A stretch of DNA of 64,000 bases, taken from positions 2,138-66,137 of the forward strand of contig CAZUEO010000001.1 in the NCBI GenBank assembly GCA_964619675.1, given 5' to 3'. This document shows positions 27,582-36,792 of this stretch, one piece after another. The position numbers and the translations under genes were made by a program. The stretch is from an uncultured Planctomycetaceae bacterium (GTDB lineage Bacteria; Planctomycetota; Phycisphaerae; Sedimentisphaerales; UBA12454). Numbering within the stretch: position 1 is the first letter of the stretch; each line of letters opens with the position of its first letter. The notes beneath the pieces are model-generated. The model saw only the letters and a list, made by a program, of their open reading frames with translations. It was not told the origin of the DNA and made no database searches.

Positions 27582-27881
27582 TTATGCCGAAACAACGTTG
27601 CTGCTCAGCTTTTCCTTCATCAGTCGGCCCATTTTGAATTTTACCGTGCGCTTGGCGGGAACCTTTACCCTTTCGAGAGTCTTGGGGTTCTGTGCGATCC
27701 TGGCCTCGCGAGTGCGGACTTCAAATACGCCGAAGTCCCGAAATTCCAGTCGGTTGCTGCTGCTGAGCTCTGAAATAATTTCATCAAGGAAGGACTGAAC
27801 AACTCGCTTTACCACAACTCTTTTGGCCTGTGTCTTTTCCGCAATCCGGTCAATTAATTCTTTCTTCGTTATTGTTGTCAT
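27582..27881 (-). CDS. HU/IHF-family DNA-binding protein
   Basis: TKKELIDRIAEKT......V..V...FLDEI...L......+EFRDFG.FEVR.R.AR.A.NP.T...V.VPA matches HU/IHF. Confidence 0.9.
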   Translation of the reverse strand: MTTITKKELIDRIAEKTQAKRVVVKRVVQSFLDEIISELSSSNRLEFRDFGVFEVRTREARIAQNPKTLERVKVPAKRTVKFKMGRLMKEKLSSNVVSA

Positions 27882-28152
27882 AGCATACCTCGTATCAACA
27901 GAGAGTTTCAGGAATTGGTTTTTTATGCTGTATTGCCCTAAATACGTCTTTCTTAAGCTATTATTAAGTTCTCAATGTTACTATTACCTACGGTTGAAGT
28001 CGATTATTAAAAACCGCAAATCACTATACAGTAAAGACTTCTATACAGCAAGCACTTTTTTACAGGATTTTTGAAGTTAAAATATTGAAAAATAGCGAAA
28101 AAAATTGGTTTTTTCTCCAGCCCCGATAGTATAAAAAAAGTGGTCTAATTGC

Positions 28153-28181
28153 TTGACCTATACGTCAAAATGGGCAATAAT
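28153..28181 (+). promoter_or_regulatory. Candidate sigma-70-type promoter for the nfnAB-like operon
   Basis: ttgacc, then 17 nt, then aataat, about 40 nt upstream of the TTG start at 28223. This is a pattern match only. Confidence 0.3.
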
Positions 28182-28222
28182 CCCGCTTTCTCAAAGTAGA
28201 ATTTGGGTGAAAGGCAGCAAAA

Positions 28223-29077
28223 TTGTCTCATAACATACTGTCAAAAAAGCAGTTATGTTCCAATGTCTTTATGGCAGATATTGAGGCTCCATTGGTAGCG
28301 GCAGCCGCAAAACCCGGCCAGTTTGTTATCATATGTTTGTCAACGGCTTACAGCGAAAGAATCCCTCTGACGATAGCAGGCTGTGATGCAAAAAAAGGAA
28401 CAATTCGCCTTATCTGGCAGGCAGTTGGAAAAAGTACCACTGAGCTTGGCCAACTAAAGGTTGGCGACGCAGTAGAAAATATCCTCGGCCCACTGGGTAA
28501 ACCAACCCATATTGAGAAATTCGGCACCGTTGCCTGCGTTGGCGGAGGGATCGGCAGTGCACCGCTTCTGCCGATAGCAACTGCAATGAAACAGGCAGGC
28601 AATAAAATAATTACTATTATCGGCGCGAGAACAAAAGAACTTTTAATTCTTGAAGATGAATTCAAGACCACAAGCGATGAGTTAATCATAGTTACCGATG
28701 ACGGCTCTTACGGCAAAAAGGCGCTCGTAATAAAACCGCTCGAGGAGGTTTGTAAAAGAACATCAAAGCCCGACTTGGTTGTCACAATAGGGCCGGCAAT
28801 AATGATGAAGGTCTGCTGCGAAGTTACGAAAAAATACGATATCTCGACTGTTGTTTCACTTAATACTATCATGGTTGACGGCACGGGTATGTGTGGAGGA
28901 TGCCGGGTAGAAGTGGGAGGCCAGACAAAATTTGTCTGTGTTGACGGGCCTGAATTTGACGGTCATAAGGTCAATTTTGATTTAATGATGAAAAGAATGC
29001 AGGCCTACAGAAAGCAGGAACAGCAGGCGCTTGAAGAATACAAAAGACATAAATGCAAAATCGGTCTCGATGACTGA
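28223..29077 (+). CDS. nfnA: Ferredoxin-NADP(+) reductase-like FAD/[2Fe-2S] subunit (NfnA/SudB type)
   Basis: It has an FNR-like fold (PGQFVII, RIPLTIA, GGGIGSAPL) and a C-terminal cysteine cluster (GMCGGCRV...FVCVDGP). It is paired with a GltD-like subunit. Confidence 0.8.
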   Translation: MSHNILSKKQLCSNVFMADIEAPLVAAAAKPGQFVIICLSTAYSERIPLTIAGCDAKKGTIRLIWQAVGKSTTELGQLKVGDAVENILGPLGKPTHIEKFGTVACVGGGIGSAPLLPIATAMKQAGNKIITIIGARTKELLILEDEFKTTSDELIIVTDDGSYGKKALVIKPLEEVCKRTSKPDLVVTIGPAIMMKVCCEVTKKYDISTVVSLNTIMVDGTGMCGGCRVEVGGQTKFVCVDGPEFDGHKVNFDLMMKRMQAYRKQEQQALEEYKRHKCKIGLDD

Positions 29078-30563
29078 CAGGGAGAATTTGTTGGACGAAC
29101 AGCAATTACTTAATGAGCTTTTGGAAAAACACCGAAACGGGACATTAAAGCCCGCGGATAGATTAGCCATACCCCCACAGCCGATGCTGCAGCAGGACCC
29201 GATAGAACGGCGAAAAAATGTCAACGAAGTTGCACTGGGTTACACTGAAACACAGGCAAAACTTGAAGCCCTGCGATGTCTTCAGTGCAAGAATGCGCCT
29301 TGTGTGCAAGGCTGTCCTGTAGGAATAAAAATAAAAGACTTTATTGCTGAGGTCGCCCTTGGCAATTACAAGAAAGCGCTCGATATAATCAAGGAAAATT
29401 CACTGCTTCCTGCCGTATGTGGCAGAGTCTGTCCGCAGGAAGTGCAGTGTCAGCTTCCCTGTACGGTCGGCAAAAAATTCAAGGATGTGGAAAAATCTGT
29501 TTCAATAGGCAGGCTCGAAAGATTTGTTGCGGACTGGGGCAAAAAATTCCACGATGAGTCAACTCCTGCTGTGGCAGCGGAGACCGGCAAAAGAGTTGCG
29601 GTAATAGGCTCAGGCCCCGGCGGAATCGTTGCCGCTACCGAGCTCAGGAAAGCCGGCCATGATGTAACGATATTTGAAGCCTTTCACAAGCCCGGCGGCG
29701 TAATGGTTTATGGCATCCCGGAATTTAGGCTTCCGAAGGTAATTGTGCAGCAGGAAATCGACCAGCTAAAGAAAATGGGCGTCAAAATCATCTGTAATTT
29801 TGTTGTCGGCAGAACCAGAACTATAAGACAGCTTATGGAAGAAGACGGCTTTAAGACTGTTTTCATCGGCGTTGGTGCCGGCCTGCCGCTATTTATGGGC
29901 ATCGAAGGTGAACACCTTGTTGGCGTTTACAGCGCAAATGAATACCTGACCCGTGCGAATCTTATGCGGGCTTATGACTTTGGCAAAGGGGCTGATACGC
30001 CGATTGCAAAATCAAAAAAGGTTGCCGTTATCGGCGGCGGAAATGTTGCGATGGATTCTGCCAGAACAGCCGTCAGGCTCGGCGCTGAAAAGGTTTATCT
30101 TGTTTATCGGCGAAGCGAAAAGGAAATGCCCGCACGTGTGGAAGAAGTCCACAATGCAAAGGAAGAAGGTATTGAATTTCACCTTTTGCAGAATCCCAAA
30201 AGAATTATCGGCAGCAGTGACGGCTTGGTTACAGCGATTGAATGTTTGAAATATCAGCTTGGCGAACTGGATTCGTCCGGCAGGCGCAGGCCTGTGCCGA
30301 TTGAAGGTTCGGAATTTACGATTGATGTCGATACGGTGATTATTGCTATTGGCAACGGCGCAAATCCCTTGATTGGCCAGACAACGCCGGGGCTACAATT
30401 GAATAAGTGGGGCAATATTATTGTTGATGAGAACTGCAAGACCTCTCTTGAAGGCGTTTACGCAGGCGGGGATATTGTTCTCGGCGCCGCAACGGTAATT
30501 TTGGCGATGGGCCAGGGCCGCACCGCCGCATCTGCGATTAACGAATATCTCAAAGGAAAGTAA
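29070..30563 (+). CDS. nfnB: NADPH-dependent GltD-like FAD/2x[4Fe-4S] oxidoreductase subunit (NfnB/SudA type)
   Basis: RCLQCKNAPCVQGCPV, CGRVCPQEVQCQ..C, GSGPGG and GGGNVAMD are present. The ATG at 29070 overlaps the upstream stop (ATGACTGA). Confidence 0.82.
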   Translation: MTDRENLLDEQQLLNELLEKHRNGTLKPADRLAIPPQPMLQQDPIERRKNVNEVALGYTETQAKLEALRCLQCKNAPCVQGCPVGIKIKDFIAEVALGNYKKALDIIKENSLLPAVCGRVCPQEVQCQLPCTVGKKFKDVEKSVSIGRLERFVADWGKKFHDESTPAVAAETGKRVAVIGSGPGGIVAATELRKAGHDVTIFEAFHKPGGVMVYGIPEFRLPKVIVQQEIDQLKKMGVKIICNFVVGRTRTIRQLMEEDGFKTVFIGVGAGLPLFMGIEGEHLVGVYSANEYLTRANLMRAYDFGKGADTPIAKSKKVAVIGGGNVAMDSARTAVRLGAEKVYLVYRRSEKEMPARVEEVHNAKEEGIEFHLLQNPKRIIGSSDGLVTAIECLKYQLGELDSSGRRRPVPIEGSEFTIDVDTVIIAIGNGANPLIGQTTPGLQLNKWGNIIVDENCKTSLEGVYAGGDIVLGAATVILAMGQGRTAASAINEYLKGK

Positions 30564-30574
30564 GGAGATAGGAT

Positions 30575-30925
30575 TTATATCTCAAGCAGCCAATTACTTC
30601 GTTGCTGAATAAGTTTGAATTGGCCGCTTAATTTGTTACCTTCAAAGGTTATTCTCATTTTTTTTTCAGAGCTCGATTCAACGGTACAAATTCCCTCATC
30701 GATAATTTCAACAGTTCCTTTGCCGTTGTTGACTGGGCCCTGATATGTGAGGAATTTCTTATCGTGGTCAAAAATAGGTGTTGCCTTGGTTTTTTGCGAT
30801 GCTAATTTCTCAGGCGGGGCCTCCAGCCGCCAGGTTTTTAGTTTATCGCCCCATTCAATCATTAAATCCCAATGAATTTGTCCCTCGCGTGTGTGTTTAT
30901 GAATAACAAATTTTGTTTCAGCCAT
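30575..30925 (-). CDS. Stand-alone LigD 3'-phosphoesterase (PE)-like domain protein
   Basis: FVIHKHTREGQIHWDLMIEWGDKLKTWRLEAPP...FDHDKKFLTYQG...GKGTVEIIDEG...FEGNKLSGQFKLIQ parallels the LigD PE signature (FV.QKH.A..LHYD.RLE..G.L.SW..P.GP...DHP..Y..F.G...G.G.V..WD.G...G.KL.G...L.). Confidence 0.65.
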   Translation of the reverse strand: MAETKFVIHKHTREGQIHWDLMIEWGDKLKTWRLEAPPEKLASQKTKATPIFDHDKKFLTYQGPVNNGKGTVEIIDEGICTVESSSEKKMRITFEGNKLSGQFKLIQQRSNWLLEI

Positions 30926-31919
30926 TTGCTTGTATCGCCGTTATAGCTACAGTAGCCGCGATGTCGTCGCTGTTGCAGCCGCGGGAAAGGTCATTGACCG
31001 GCTTTGCAAGACCCTGCAGAATCGGGCCATAAGCGCTGAACCCGCCCAGTCTTTCCGTCATTTTATAGCAGATATTGCCCGCCCCTAAATCCGGGAATGT
31101 AAATACGTTAGCCTGGCCTTTTAGAGGGCTGTCGGGGCATTTTTGTGCAGCGACTTTCGGTACAAAAGCGGCGTCAAACTGCAATTCGCCGTCGATTAGA
31201 TATTCGCCTTCAAACTCCTTTGCAAGTTTTTCCTTTGCGAGCCGAGTTGCCTTTATCATTTTTGCAGGTTCTTCGCCTTGGGCTGAGCCTTTTGTCGAGT
31301 AGGACAAAAGTGCGATTTTCGGCATAATGCCGAATTGTTTCGCAGTTCGGGCTGTTGCAAGTGTAATGTCGGCGATTTGTTCGGCATCCGGCTCTTCGTT
31401 AAGGCCGCAGTCGGCATACAGAAGGGTCATTTTACTATTTGTCATAAAGAACATACTTGAAACGGTCTTGATGCCTTTGGCAGCTTTTATGATTTGCAGG
31501 GCGGGTCTGACGGTATCCGGTGTTGAGTGTGTAGCTCCTGAGACAAGGCCGTCAGCTTCGCCGTTTTTTACCATCATCGTACCGAAGTACACCATATCCT
31601 TAACGGTTTTAAGAGCTGATTCGGGTGTAGCGCCTTTGTTTTTGCGAAGCTGATAAAATTGTTCTGCGTAGTCTTTTAATTTATCACTAGTCTGATTATT
31701 TATGATATTAATGTCGTTTGAATTGACTCCAAGATTTTTAAGTGCGCCAGCGATTTGTTTTTCGTCGCCGAGGATGGTAAGTCTTGCCATTTTACGGCTT
31801 ACGATTTTTTTTGCCGCTTTGATTGTCCGCTCATCGCTGCCTTCCGGCAGGACGATGTGCTTGAAAAGGCCGGCGGCTTTTTCAAGTGTTTGCTCTGAAA
31901 AATCTTTATTTGATTCCAT
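30918..31919 (-). CDS. pta: Phosphate acetyltransferase (catalytic PTA domain only)
   Basis: IVLPEGSDERTIKAA, GLVSGA.HSTPDT.RPALQIIK and SRG are present. Confidence 0.93.
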   Translation of the reverse strand: MESNKDFSEQTLEKAAGLFKHIVLPEGSDERTIKAAKKIVSRKMARLTILGDEKQIAGALKNLGVNSNDINIINNQTSDKLKDYAEQFYQLRKNKGATPESALKTVKDMVYFGTMMVKNGEADGLVSGATHSTPDTVRPALQIIKAAKGIKTVSSMFFMTNSKMTLLYADCGLNEEPDAEQIADITLATARTAKQFGIMPKIALLSYSTKGSAQGEEPAKMIKATRLAKEKLAKEFEGEYLIDGELQFDAAFVPKVAAQKCPDSPLKGQANVFTFPDLGAGNICYKMTERLGGFSAYGPILQGLAKPVNDLSRGCNSDDIAATVAITAIQANG

Positions 31920-31972
31920 ATTCTTTATTCCAATTTCATATTCGTGTTCATTCGTGGTTAAGTTTGACCAAT

Positions 31973-32046
31973 CGCGTCTGGCGGGACTCGAACCTGCAAC
32001 CTTTGGTTCCGTAGACCAATGCTCTATCCAATTGAGCTACAGACGC
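31973..32046 (-). tRNA. tRNA-Arg (anticodon ACG)
   Basis: The reverse complement is gcgtctgtagctcaattggatagagcattggtctACGgaaccaaaggttgcaggttcgagtcccgccagacgc+g, which folds as a cloverleaf. No CCA is encoded. Confidence 0.88.
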
Positions 32047-32109
32047 AAGCCTTTATTTTGCAGTATGTTACAGTAATTAATCGCAAAAATCAAGTATTTT
32101 GAATTTACT

Positions 32110-33030
32110 TTACAAACAAAGGTACACTTTTGCAAGAACGTGTTCCATATCATCATCGGTGTTTACATCGAGCCAGTTAACATTTTTGAAGGTTTTGAAC
32201 CATGTTCGCTGGGCCTTGGCGAAGCGGCGGGTATTGATTTTTATCTTTTCAACGGCTTTTTCGAGAGTTTCTTTACCCGCAAGATAGTCAATAATTTCAG
32301 CGTAACCTATTGCGCTGCGGGCCTGCAAACTTAACGGTTTTTCTTCGGCGAGCAGGCTTTTAACCTCGTCAACAAGGCCAACTTGGAGCATTTTTTTTAC
32401 TCTTGCGTTTATGCGTCTGTTTTCCTCGCCCTTTTCCCTGCGCAATCCGATAATTTTCCAATCACCTTTAGGCCCCGGTAAATCAAATTGCTGCTGGAAA
32501 CTGGAAATGGACTTTCCCGTGAGATAATAGACTTCAAGCGCTCTTATTATTCGCTTTTCATCGTTGTAGTGTATTCTATCGACGGCTTGGGGGTCAACAG
32601 CGGCAAGTTCCTTATGCAATTCTTCAAGCGAGGTTTGTGCGATTTTTTCTTTAAGCTGGTGGCGGATTTGCTCGTTTGTGCCGGGGCCTTCAAAGATTCC
32701 ATAGAGCATCGCTTTTATATACATTGCACTGCCGCCTACTGCGACAACAGGTTTATTTTTCGATTCTATTTGTTTGACAGCTGCATCTGCCAGATTAAGA
32801 AATATATCAACGCTGAAGGACTCGCTTGGCTCAACAACGTCAATCAGGTGATAGTTTATCTGCTTTTGGGCTTCTTTTGAGGGTTTTGCAGTGCCGATAT
32901 CCATCCGCAGGTAAACCTTCATTGAGTCAATGCTGAGTATTTCGGCATCGAGCTTTTTTGCTAACTCAAAGGCCAGCCTGCCTTTGCCGCTGGCGGTTAC
33001 CCCCAAAATTAGTATCCTTTGCTTGTTCAT
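32110..33030 (-). CDS. miaA: tRNA dimethylallyltransferase
   Basis: MNKQRILILGVTASGKGRLAFELAKKLDAEILSIDSMKVYLRMDIGTAKPS matches MiaA. The start is the internal ATG at 33030, residue 137 of the 442-aa ORF in the supplied track. Confidence 0.92.
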   Translation of the reverse strand: MNKQRILILGVTASGKGRLAFELAKKLDAEILSIDSMKVYLRMDIGTAKPSKEAQKQINYHLIDVVEPSESFSVDIFLNLADAAVKQIESKNKPVVAVGGSAMYIKAMLYGIFEGPGTNEQIRHQLKEKIAQTSLEELHKELAAVDPQAVDRIHYNDEKRIIRALEVYYLTGKSISSFQQQFDLPGPKGDWKIIGLRREKGEENRRINARVKKMLQVGLVDEVKSLLAEEKPLSLQARSAIGYAEIIDYLAGKETLEKAVEKIKINTRRFAKAQRTWFKTFKNVNWLDVNTDDDMEHVLAKVYLCL

Positions 33031-33108
33031 AATTAATATTTGGCTGTAAGAAAATTTAGAAAAATGTATAATAGCAGGTTTGTGAAAAAACTCCATAGTG
33101 TGGCTTTT

Positions 33109-34011
33109 ATGGCCGAGAAAATAGGGAAAATAGATATAAGAAGCGAACTCAAACAGAAGGCACAGTGTGTCAATGGTGTCATTGTCGCAGCGATTAAGGA
33201 TTTTGACGGTATTCCTGACAGGCTGAGGGAAGCTATTGAATATACTCTTTCTGCGCCGGGCAAGCGGGTAAGGGCTGCGGTTGTCTTGTGGTGTTGTGAG
33301 GTTGTAGCAAGTAGAATTAATAAAGATGCCGAAATGGCGGCGGCGGCGATTGAAATGGTTCATACTTATTCGCTTGTTCACGATGATTTGCCTGCGATGG
33401 ATGATGACGACTGGCGCAGGGGCAAACCAAGCTGTCATAAGGCTTTTGATGAAGCGACGGCTATCCTTGCCGGCGATGCGCTTTTGACGATGGCATTTGA
33501 GCTTTTATCGACGAAAATCGGTGACCCTTTGAAGGCGGTTGAAATAATAAGAACCCTTGCCGAGGCGGCAGGGCCTGCCGGTATGGTTGCCGGCCAGATT
33601 GACGACCTGCTGGCACAAAACGGCATAGGCAACAGTGCCGATTTGCATAATATTCATATAAACAAGACGGCAAAAATGTTTTGTGCTTCTGCTTTGTTAG
33701 GCGCGATAGCAGGCGGTGCATCACGGCAGCAAAAAGACCTGCTCGGCCGGTTCGGCCTTAAACTGGGCCTGGGATTTCAGATTGCAGATGACATACTTGA
33801 TGTTTCTTCGACAAGTCAACGTCTTGGCAAAACCGCCGGCAAAGACGCAAAGCAGGGAAAGCTTACATACCCGGCAGTTTTTGGCCTTGAGCAGTCAGGG
33901 AAAAAAGCGGTTGAATTGGCAGAGGAAGCGACCGAGATTCTTGAGCCTTTTGGCGAAAGAGCAGTTATTCTAAAAGAGCTTGCTTTTACACTTTTGCAAA
34001 GAACAAGATGA
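33109..34011 (+). CDS. ispA: Polyprenyl (farnesyl/geranylgeranyl) diphosphate synthase
   Basis: It has the first DDxxD box (LVHDDLPAMDDDDWRRGKP) and the second (FQIADDILD), and lies immediately upstream of dxs. The start could be 33109, 33064 or the TTG at 33040. Confidence 0.85.
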   Translation: MAEKIGKIDIRSELKQKAQCVNGVIVAAIKDFDGIPDRLREAIEYTLSAPGKRVRAAVVLWCCEVVASRINKDAEMAAAAIEMVHTYSLVHDDLPAMDDDDWRRGKPSCHKAFDEATAILAGDALLTMAFELLSTKIGDPLKAVEIIRTLAEAAGPAGMVAGQIDDLLAQNGIGNSADLHNIHINKTAKMFCASALLGAIAGGASRQQKDLLGRFGLKLGLGFQIADDILDVSSTSQRLGKTAGKDAKQGKLTYPAVFGLEQSGKKAVELAEEATEILEPFGERAVILKELAFTLLQRTR

Positions 34012-34014
34012 AAA

Positions 34015-35895
34015 ATGCAGTACGAAATACTTGACAAAATTAATTCGCCAACGGATTTAAAGCAGCTTTCGACGCAGGAGCTGGATAAGCTTGCTTCTGA
34101 ACTGCAGACTTATATTACGCAGTCGGTCAGCCGGACGGGAGGCCATCTGGCGAGCAATCTCGGAGTCGTTGAGTTGACGATTGCGATGCATTACGTTTTT
34201 GATTTTAGCTGTGACAGGCTCCTTTGGGATGTGGGACATCAATGTTATGCGCATAAGATACTGACCGGCAGGAGGAAATTGTTTGAAAAATTAAGACAGA
34301 GAGATGGTGTCAGCGGTTTTCCCAATCCGGTTGAAAGTGTATATGACCAGTTTGTTGTCGGTCATGCGGGCAGTTCGATTCCGACCGCACTTGGTCTTGC
34401 GCTTGCGTCTCAGAAGCTCGGTACAAAGGAAAAAATCATTGCCTTTGTCGGCGACGCGAGCATTGTGAACGGCCTTAGTTTCGAGGCGCTGAATAATCTC
34501 GGCCTGGTTAAGAGGCAGCTTCTTGTTGTGCTTAACGACAATTCAATGGCGATAGATTCTACACAGGGCGCCATCGCGCAGTTTCTTGCCAAGGTAAGAC
34601 TGAGCCATACTTATGAGGATTTGCGCAGGAGAACCGATAGGATACTTGAATATCTGCCGGTATTTGGGAAAAAGATGGAAGACGCACTGAAAAATTTCAA
34701 AAGAACTGTGCGTATGGCGATTACACCGAACAGGCTTTTTGAAAGTTTGAATATTCCATATTTTGGGCCGGTTGACGGTCATGATACTGCATCGCTGATA
34801 CAGCTTTTTAAGGCCGTTTCGCATCTTGAAACTCCCGCGGCACTGCATGTCTATACCAAAAAAGGTAGAGGCTTCAGTCCTGCCGATGACGACCCGACAC
34901 GTTTTCATTCGACAGGTCCTTTCGAAATCAACGGTGAGCAGATGGAAAAACCTGGACAGGGAAGAACTTTTACAGAATGTTTTTCTGAGGCAATGGTTGG
35001 GATTGCAAAAGAGGACAAAAAAATAGTTGCGATTACTGCTGCGATGTCTGATGGTACGGGACTGGCAGGATTCAGACAGGAATTTAATGGCCGTTATTAT
35101 GATGTCGGCATTGCGGAATCGGCGGCGGTGGATATCGCAGCGGGCCAGGCAAAGTTGGGGCTGAAACCTTTTGTTTGCATTTATTCGACATTTCTTCAGA
35201 GAAGTTTCGACCAGATATTTCAGGAAGTTGCATTGCAGAATCTGCCGGTGGTTTTTTGTATCGACAGGGCCGGTCTTGTTGGTTCTGACGGGCCGACACA
35301 TCATGGTCTGATGGATATCGGATTTCTGAGAATGATGCCGAATATGGTGCTGATTTCTCCGGCAAACGGTATTGAGCTTAAAGGCGCCCTGAGATTTGCC
35401 CTCCAGAACACCTGTCCGGTAGCGATACGATACCCAAAGGACTATGTTGACGACAGTGTTTGTCCTGAGATTTTTTCACGACCATTTGTGATGGGTAAAA
35501 GTATTGTATTAAAGCAGGGCAAAAACAAGCTGGTTCTGGCAACGTATGGCAGTATGAGCATTGAGGCGTTAAAGGCTGCTCATATTCTCACATCCGATAA
35601 TATCGATATAACCGTTATAAATGCCCGTTTTGCCAAGCCCATAGACGAAAAAATCATTTCGTTATTGTCGGACGGTTTTAGTATAATAACAGTTGAAGAC
35701 CATGCCGCTAGCGGTGGTTTTGGCTCGGCAGTTCTCGAAGCAGCGGCAAGTGCCGGTCTTGATACGGCGAAAATTACGGTGCTCGGTGTTGGTGACAAGT
35801 TTGTGCAGGCTGACAAGAGGGCAGAGCAGCTTAAGCAGTGCGGTTTGAGCGCGCAGGAAATTGCCAAGACTGTGAAAAAAATTCTGAAACTTTAG
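34015..35895 (+). CDS. dxs: 1-deoxy-D-xylulose-5-phosphate synthase
   Basis: GGHLASNLGVVELT.A.HYVF....D...WDVGHQCY.HKILTGRR, GDAS...G...EALN and the DGPTHHG motif are present. Confidence 0.96.
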   Translation: MQYEILDKINSPTDLKQLSTQELDKLASELQTYITQSVSRTGGHLASNLGVVELTIAMHYVFDFSCDRLLWDVGHQCYAHKILTGRRKLFEKLRQRDGVSGFPNPVESVYDQFVVGHAGSSIPTALGLALASQKLGTKEKIIAFVGDASIVNGLSFEALNNLGLVKRQLLVVLNDNSMAIDSTQGAIAQFLAKVRLSHTYEDLRRRTDRILEYLPVFGKKMEDALKNFKRTVRMAITPNRLFESLNIPYFGPVDGHDTASLIQLFKAVSHLETPAALHVYTKKGRGFSPADDDPTRFHSTGPFEINGEQMEKPGQGRTFTECFSEAMVGIAKEDKKIVAITAAMSDGTGLAGFRQEFNGRYYDVGIAESAAVDIAAGQAKLGLKPFVCIYSTFLQRSFDQIFQEVALQNLPVVFCIDRAGLVGSDGPTHHGLMDIGFLRMMPNMVLISPANGIELKGALRFALQNTCPVAIRYPKDYVDDSVCPEIFSRPFVMGKSIVLKQGKNKLVLATYGSMSIEALKAAHILTSDNIDITVINARFAKPIDEKIISLLSDGFSIITVEDHAASGGFGSAVLEAAASAGLDTAKITVLGVGDKFVQADKRAEQLKQCGLSAQEIAKTVKKILKL

Positions 35896-35918
35896 TAAAA
35901 ATTTCAGGTCTAACAATT

Positions 35919-36782
35919 ATGGTCAAAGAAGGACGTAAGCCCGGATTGATTATTTTTGGTGATGCCCGGCGGGATTTTGTAACTGAAGCGGTTGATGACT
36001 TTATGAAATTTACTGAAGGCCGTGCTGAAATACTTGCCAACTGTTTCCGCGGAGATTGCGCCGTTGATGTTGTTAACAATGCTGATTTTGCAGTTGTTTT
36101 TGGTGGGGATGGCACAATACTTTCAGCAGCCAGAGACTTGAGCCAGACAAGCGTTCCGGTTATAGGTGTTAATGTCGGCAGACTCGGCTTTCTGGCCGAG
36201 TTCAGCATTGAGGAGTTAAAGAAACTTTTTGGCAGGGTTACCTCGGATGTTGCTCTTGTGGAAAAGAGAATGATGCTCAAATGTACCGTTACCGATGGGA
36301 AACGGGAAAAGTCGAGTTCAACGGCAATCAATGACGTAGTAATAACAGCGGGGCCGAGTTATAATATGGTGGATTTAAAAATAAGTGTTAGCGGTCAAAA
36401 TCTTGCGGATTGTGTAAGTGATGGGCTTGTTATATCGACGCCTACTGGTTCTACGGCATATAATCTCTCAGCGGGCGGACCGATATTATCGGCAAATCTC
36501 TCAGCGATAGTTATTACGCCGATATGTCCACATACCTTCAGTTTCAGACCTGTTGTGATAAGTGCCGATAGTTCGATTGAAATCCGTCCGCAGAGGATAA
36601 ATGAAGGCACAGCCGTAACACTTGACGGGCAGGTATTCAGTTCGCTCAAAAATGATGATATCGTTACAGTGGAAAAACACAGCGGTGCGTTTCTTGTTGT
36701 TAATAATCCGCTCCGCACCCAATGGGATACGCTCGCGGAGAAATTAAGCTGGGCCCAGAAACCGAAATATAAAGGGAAGTAG
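35919..36782 (+). CDS. nadK: NAD kinase
   Basis: VVFGGDGTILSAAR, GVNVGRLGFL and STPTGSTAYNLSAGGPI are present. The ATG at 35919 avoids overlap with dxs. Confidence 0.93.
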   Translation: MVKEGRKPGLIIFGDARRDFVTEAVDDFMKFTEGRAEILANCFRGDCAVDVVNNADFAVVFGGDGTILSAARDLSQTSVPVIGVNVGRLGFLAEFSIEELKKLFGRVTSDVALVEKRMMLKCTVTDGKREKSSSTAINDVVITAGPSYNMVDLKISVSGQNLADCVSDGLVISTPTGSTAYNLSAGGPILSANLSAIVITPICPHTFSFRPVVISADSSIEIRPQRINEGTAVTLDGQVFSSLKNDDIVTVEKHSGAFLVVNNPLRTQWDTLAEKLSWAQKPKYKGK

Positions 36783-36792
36783 TGCGGTTGCA

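Noticed and set aside
27823-28074. An 83-aa plus-strand ORF in the AT-rich region upstream of the HU/IHF-like gene.
   Set aside because: It starts inside the HU/IHF gene on the opposite strand. The translation is AT-rich with a skewed composition (Phe/Leu/Tyr/Ser), and I saw no RBS.
33031-33438. The N-terminal 136 aa of the 442-aa minus-strand ORF 32110..33438.
   Set aside because: The MiaA homology, including the P-loop GVTASGKG, begins at the internal ATG at 33030. The upstream part is Arg/Asn-rich nonsense that overlaps the ispA-like gene on the other strand.
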